The notes below the pieces were generated by a model. The model was not told the DNA's origin and did not search any database. It was given only the letters and a program-made list of their open reading frames with translations. From positions 576,001 to 640,000 of the forward strand of contig CAVRBU010000002.1 of the NCBI GenBank assembly GCA_963719315.1: a DNA stretch of 64,000 bases. The letters run 5' to 3'. Below, in pieces: positions 59,481 to 64,000 of this stretch. Source of the DNA: an uncultured Planctomycetota bacterium. GTDB lineage: Bacteria; Planctomycetota; Planctomycetia; Pirellulales; Lacipirellulaceae. Every line of letters starts with the position of its first letter. Within the stretch, counting starts at the first letter, position 1. The position numbers were made by a program, and so were the translations under genes.

Positions 59481-60449
59481 TTACACGCGGATATTCACGA
59501 TTTTCCTAATCAACAAAGCACCCAGCAATTGCGTCACGATGCCGCCTACGAGCATTTTCTTGCCGAGCGGGTCGGTAAACAGCAGCATCAGGTAGTCGGG
59601 ATTCATCTTGTAAACCACGGCGAACAGCGCCGGCGGCAACGCCAGCAACACGATACCGGAGAGGCGACCTTCGCCCGTAAGGGCTTGCACCTGGCCCCAA
59701 ATCTTGAACCGTTCCCGCACCAGGTAGCCGATCTTGTCGAGGATTTCAGCCAGATCGCCACCGGTTTGCCGCTGCAAGATGATCGCGGTGGCGAAAAACT
59801 TGAGGTCCAGGTTGGGCACGCGTTTTGTGAGATCGTTCAGGGCTTCGTCGAGCGCCTTGCCGAGGTTTTGTTCATCGAATGTGCGTCTGAATTCGCCGCC
59901 GATGGGGTCAGACATTTCCTGCGCCACGAGGTTGAACCCGGCGGCGAGGCTGTGACCGGCACGCAAGGCGCGAGCGATCAACTCCAATGCTTCCGGCAAT
60001 TGGCTGCCGAACTTCTTCAAACGGCGTTTGCGCTTGAATAGCAGCCACATGATCGGCAGAAACGCCAGCGAAGCGGCCATGACCGGCCCAAGCATCACGC
60101 TGAAACCGGCAACCGATGGCAGGAACAATCCTACGCCGCCGAGGGCGGCGCAAATCAATAGAAAATTCGGCACGGACATCGCCACGTTCGCCTGCTCGAA
60201 TAGCAGCCGAAGGTTGAGATAACGCGAGATGAATTTCTCCACCCCGCTCGCGCCTTCATTGCGCATCGAGCTCAGCAACTCTTTATACTGCGCCGCTTCG
60301 GCTTTGCCGCGGCTTTTCGTGCCGCTCGTGAGCGCGCTCAACCGCTCTTCGACTTCGGCTTCCCGGTTTCCGCCCATGAAGAAGGCGACCGCGCCGACGA
60401 AAGCGGCGACGCTGCAGAAGACGGCGCTGTAAATGATAATCGGAGACAT
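59481..60449 (-). CDS. tadB: Tad pilus inner-membrane protein TadB
   Basis: QLPEALELIARALRAGHS, QRQTGGDLAEIL, ALTGEGRLS. Confidence 0.92.
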   Translation of the reverse strand: MSPIIIYSAVFCSVAAFVGAVAFFMGGNREAEVEERLSALTSGTKSRGKAEAAQYKELLSSMRNEGASGVEKFISRYLNLRLLFEQANVAMSVPNFLLICAALGGVGLFLPSVAGFSVMLGPVMAASLAFLPIMWLLFKRKRRLKKFGSQLPEALELIARALRAGHSLAAGFNLVAQEMSDPIGGEFRRTFDEQNLGKALDEALNDLTKRVPNLDLKFFATAIILQRQTGGDLAEILDKIGYLVRERFKIWGQVQALTGEGRLSGIVLLALPPALFAVVYKMNPDYLMLLFTDPLGKKMLVGGIVTQLLGALLIRKIVNIRV

Positions 60450-60548
60450 TTGTTCGTTGTCCGTGGTCGGTTGTCCGTTGTTCGAGATCGGGTTGCGTGT
60501 CCAATGCCAATCGTCCTGCAACGGACAACGGGCAGTGGACGACGGACT
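60450..60548. repeat. Inverted heptamer array (GTCCGTT / AACGGAC) in the cpaF-tadB spacer
   Basis: Same unit as 23143-23230. Confidence 0.8.
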
Positions 60549-61872
60549 AATCCCTCAACATGATTCGTTCGCGGAAGGCGCTTGAGGGCAAACGCACGCC
60601 GCTCGATTCGAGGCGGGACATGAAGGACGGGCGGATGCCGGTGGAGAGAAAGTGGCCGACGGCTCGGCCACGTTCGTCCACGCCTTCCTGCACGTACTTG
60701 AAAATATCCTGCATCACGATCGTGTCTTGTTCCATGCCGACGACTTCGGTGATGTGGGTCACCTTACGCGGACCGCCTTGCATGCGGTTCGATTGCACGA
60801 TCAGGTTTACGGCGTTGGATATCTGCTGACGCATGGCGCGGATCGGCATTTCGAAACCGGCCATCATGATCATGGTTTCGAGCCGGGCGATGGCGTCGCG
60901 CGGCGTGTTCGCGTGGCACGTGGTCAGCGAACCGTCGTGGCCCGTGTTCATGGCCTGGAGCATGTCGAGCGTTTCGGCCCCACGGCACTCGCCGATGATG
61001 ATTCGGTCGGGTCGCATACGCAAACAGTTCCGCACCAGGTCGGTGGCCTTGATCTGCCCCTTGCCTTCGATATTGGCCGGGCGCGTTTCGAGACGCACGA
61101 CGTGATCTTGCTGGAGCTGCAATTCGGCCGCATCTTCGATCGTCACGATGCGGTCGTCGTTCGAGATGAAACTCGACAATGTGTTGAGCAACGTCGTTTT
61201 ACCGGAGCCGGTGCCACCGGAGATGACGATGTTGAGGTGGGCCTTCATCGCGCCTTCGAGCAACATCACCATTTCCGGCGTGAGACTCTTGTAGTTCAGC
61301 AGGTCTTCGAGCTTTAGCGGGTTGGAGCCGAAGCGTCGAATCGTGAGGGTCGGTCCATCGAGGGCCAGCGGTGGAATGATCGCGTTCACGCGCGAGCCGT
61401 CGGGCAGGCGGGCGTCGCACATCGGGCAGACTTCGTCCACCCGCCGGCCGACTTTTGACACGATGCGGTCGATGATCTGCATCAGGTGCTTGTCGTCGCG
61501 GAACTGGACGGGCGTCTTCTCCAGGCAACCGCTGCGTTCGACGTACACGTTCTTCGGACCATTGATCATGATTTCACTGATCGACGGCTCTTTCAACAAC
61601 ATTTCGAGCGGGCCCAGTCCGAAGGTTTCGTCCAACACCTCGTCGATCAGGCGATCCCGCTCACTCCGATTGAGATAGGTGTCTTCCGTATCGCACAAGT
61701 GTTCGACGACGAGCCGAATCTCGCGGCGGAGCACTTCGCCTTCGAGCTCACCGACCCGCGACAAGTCGAGCTTGTCGACGAGCTTGGTGTGAATCCGCCG
61801 CTTGATGTTTTCGAATTCGAGCTCCTTATCCTTCTGGGATAAAGCAGCCGGGGCATTGGCGAGTTTCGTCAT
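60547..61872 (-). CDS. cpaF: Tad secretion ATPase CpaF/TadA
   Basis: GLGPLE, Walker [36 protein letters not shown]. Confidence 0.95.
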   Translation of the reverse strand: MTKLANAPAALSQKDKELEFENIKRRIHTKLVDKLDLSRVGELEGEVLRREIRLVVEHLCDTEDTYLNRSERDRLIDEVLDETFGLGPLEMLLKEPSISEIMINGPKNVYVERSGCLEKTPVQFRDDKHLMQIIDRIVSKVGRRVDEVCPMCDARLPDGSRVNAIIPPLALDGPTLTIRRFGSNPLKLEDLLNYKSLTPEMVMLLEGAMKAHLNIVISGGTGSGKTTLLNTLSSFISNDDRIVTIEDAAELQLQQDHVVRLETRPANIEGKGQIKATDLVRNCLRMRPDRIIIGECRGAETLDMLQAMNTGHDGSLTTCHANTPRDAIARLETMIMMAGFEMPIRAMRQQISNAVNLIVQSNRMQGGPRKVTHITEVVGMEQDTIVMQDIFKYVQEGVDERGRAVGHFLSTGIRPSFMSRLESSGVRLPSSAFRERIMLRD

Positions 61873-62152
61873 CGGTCTTAGTCCGTATTAGCGGTCGTCG
61901 TGAAATCAATGCAAAACGGGCGCGGCTCGGCGGTTCCCGCCGGGAATGCTCGCATCAAAAGATAGCTTGCCGAGATGCGCAGGGGCGGCAACTATTGTGC
62001 TCGGGAAATCGAGGCGGTGCTGTTTGACCGGTCGTGCCGGTTATGAGGGCGGTGGGCTGATTGCAAATCGCAAAATGCAAATTGCATCACCGTTTGTGCG
62101 AAGCGGCGTCAGAATGTCGGCCCTTCGATTGGCAATTTGCAATTGCCGCCTG

Positions 62153-63353
62153 TTAGGCCCGGGCCGGCCAGAGATTGAGCCAGCCTTTTTTTGGCGCGGC
62201 TTCACCGGTTGGGTCGTCCGACTTGCCGGAGAGAGCGATAGCGAGTTGACTCATTGACTGCGTGATCGCGGCCTTCGGCGCCTGCTGCAAGAGCGGCACG
62301 CCGTTGTTGCGGACTTCGACCATCACGCGGTAGTCGTTTGGAATCTGCCAGAAAATATCTCGACCGATCGTCTCCTGGGCTTTCCGCAGGCTGATCTGGC
62401 CGGTTTCGTAGCCGACCCGGTTGACGACGATCTTCACCTTTTCGTCGAACTTGCTCTTCTCTTTGAACGACATCAACAGCCGCACCACGTTGCGCAAGCA
62501 CGGCAGATCGAGCTGCGTCACCAAAAGCACCTGGTCGGCCTCGCCGAGCGCGTACATGTCGAGCTCGTTGAAACCCTTTGAGGTGTCGATGATCACGTGC
62601 GTGAACGCGGCCTTGAGTAGACCCAGAACGCGGGCCAACTCATCGGCCGTGATATTGCGGGAGTCTTCCAATTGCACGGGGCGCGGCAACAGGTACAGCC
62701 CGGTGTCGTGCTTCGTAAGCGAGCGCTTGAGCAGCGTGAGATCAAGCCGGCCGATGTTTTGAGCAACGTCGGAAAGCGTGTATTCGGGAATTGTGTCCAA
62801 GAAGACGTCGGCATCGCCGAGACACAGATCGAGGTCTACCAAGACCACTGAATTCTCAGCGTTTGAGGCCAATGAGCAGCTAAGGTTCACGGCCACGCTC
62901 GTAGTCCCAACGCCACCGGTGGAGCCCGTCACCGCGATGATCGAACAATCGCGGCGGCCACCGCCCAAACCGCCGGATCGCTGGCGGGAGACGCGCTGTC
63001 AGCGCGGCCGACAGGTCTTCCGTCTTCAGTGGCAGAGTGAGGAACTCCTTCGCGCCCGAGCGCATCACCCGCAGAATTAGGTTGCCGTCGGTCGAAGTGC
63101 TTGTGACCAGAACCGCACAAGTGGGCGACGATTTGGCCAGCGACTCGACCAGCTCCAGCGCTTTGTCCGGGTTACTGTCCAGCGCGACGAATCCAACGTC
63201 CGGGTTCGTTTGACCGACAACGTCGGCGAAGAACTCGTACCGCGAGCACTCGGCTTCGAGCCACACCGAATCCAGCCCCAGGAGCATCGACTTCAGCGTT
63301 TCGCGCGTCGCGTCCTTGGGATCGACAACGGCAATTCGCAGGACGTTCGACAT
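62153..63353 (-). CDS. cpaE: CpaE/TadZ (receiver plus MinD-like ATPase), split by a 1-nt frameshift at ~62999
   Basis: Receiver-like N-terminus (RSGAKEFLTLP) and GSTGGVGTTS..VDLDL in frames offset by one base. Removing one A gives AALQRVSRQRSGG. Confidence 0.88.
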
Positions 63354-63501
63354 GGGGGCAAATCAGCGGTCAGGAGCCAGAGGGCAGAGGGAAGAAATCC
63401 GAGGCAAGCGGGGAACGAAGACTCAGCGTCGGCAAATGCCTAATTCTCTCCACCGGCCCCGAACTCCGGCCTCTTTCTACGCAAGAATAGCTTACGGCAT
63501 G

Positions 63502-64000
63502 CTACTGAACGTCGTATCCGACGGGGCCGATCAGGCTGTTATCGGGCTGCGACGGCGCGGGTTGCACCTGCGACGATTGCGGGTTGTAGGATTTTAACGC
63601 ATTACGCATGAAAACCGGCTGGCGCTGCGGGCTGTACGGCCGTGGGGCCGTATAAGTCGGCATTCCGCCCTGCCCGATTTGTGGAGTCGTCGGTGTGAAG
63701 GGGTTTACCGGCTGAAAGGAGGAAGCGTCGTTCGGCGCCGGACCCTGCGTGGCATCGGCCGCGGGCTGATCGAAATTCGCCGACGGTCCGGCTTCGCCGG
63801 CTGGAGTCGTTGCATTCGCTTCTGACGGCAAGAATTGATCGTCTCCGACCACCGGTAGCGTGATGTCCTCCGGCTGGTTTTGAACGCCGGATTGAGGCGG
63901 CGTCGGCCCATCGGCGGGAGCTTGATTGGATCCGTTCTGCGGCCCGCTCTCCGGCGGTAGCGGCTCAACCTGTTGCGGTTGATCCGTCACGGTCGTTGGT
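63502..64000 (-). CDS. C-terminal Pro/Gln-rich tail of a gene starting beyond the window, probably the CpaC secretin
   Basis: Open frame to the window edge ending LIGPVGYDVQ. Assignment rests only on its position upstream of cpaE. Confidence 0.5.
   Translation of the reverse strand, partial: PTTVTDQPQQVEPLPPESGPQNGSNQAPADGPTPPQSGVQNQPEDITLPVVGDDQFLPSEANATTPAGEAGPSANFDQPAADATQGPAPNDASSFQPVNPFTPTTPQIGQGGMPTYTAPRPYSPQRQPVFMRNALKSYNPQSSQVQPAPSQPDNSLIGPVGYDVQ

Overview
High-GC chromosomal segment whose gene content points to a Planctomycete, probably Pirellulales (DUF1559/H-X9-DG prepilin-like gene, DUF1571, PEP-CTERM proteins with dockerin-like GDYNxxGxVDAADY modules, Tad locus). This taxon call is an inference. 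Housekeeping and envelope blocks: a KS-ACP-FAD oxidoreductase lipid cluster, xylB, prpB-prpC, skp-lpxC-lpxA-gnnA-like, an FHA-GAF histidine kinase with receiver and birA, wcaJ, a 2069-aa thioester alpha-2-macroglobulin, iscS-iscA, an Flp pilin missed by the ORF track, queA, rsmH, and tadC-tadB-cpaF-cpaE-(cpaC). Mobile and repeat content: one complete ISKra4-like IS (22-bp IRs, 9-bp target duplication), a 112-bp MITE, many REP-like and heptamer hairpins (at least two translated in frame inside proteins), and a ~270-bp direct repeat bracketing a 1139-aa PEP-CTERM surface protein gene. The most novel-looking signal is an unannotated, promoter-driven, highly structured ~285-nt candidate RNA upstream of rsmH with ANGGA apical loops. 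Matching ANGGA hairpins lie in three mRNA leaders, suggesting a Csr/Rsm-type sRNA circuit. Seven single-base frameshifts in otherwise intact genes look like assembly errors. No rRNA, tRNA or CRISPR array was found. All family calls come from motif recognition by eye, without database searches.
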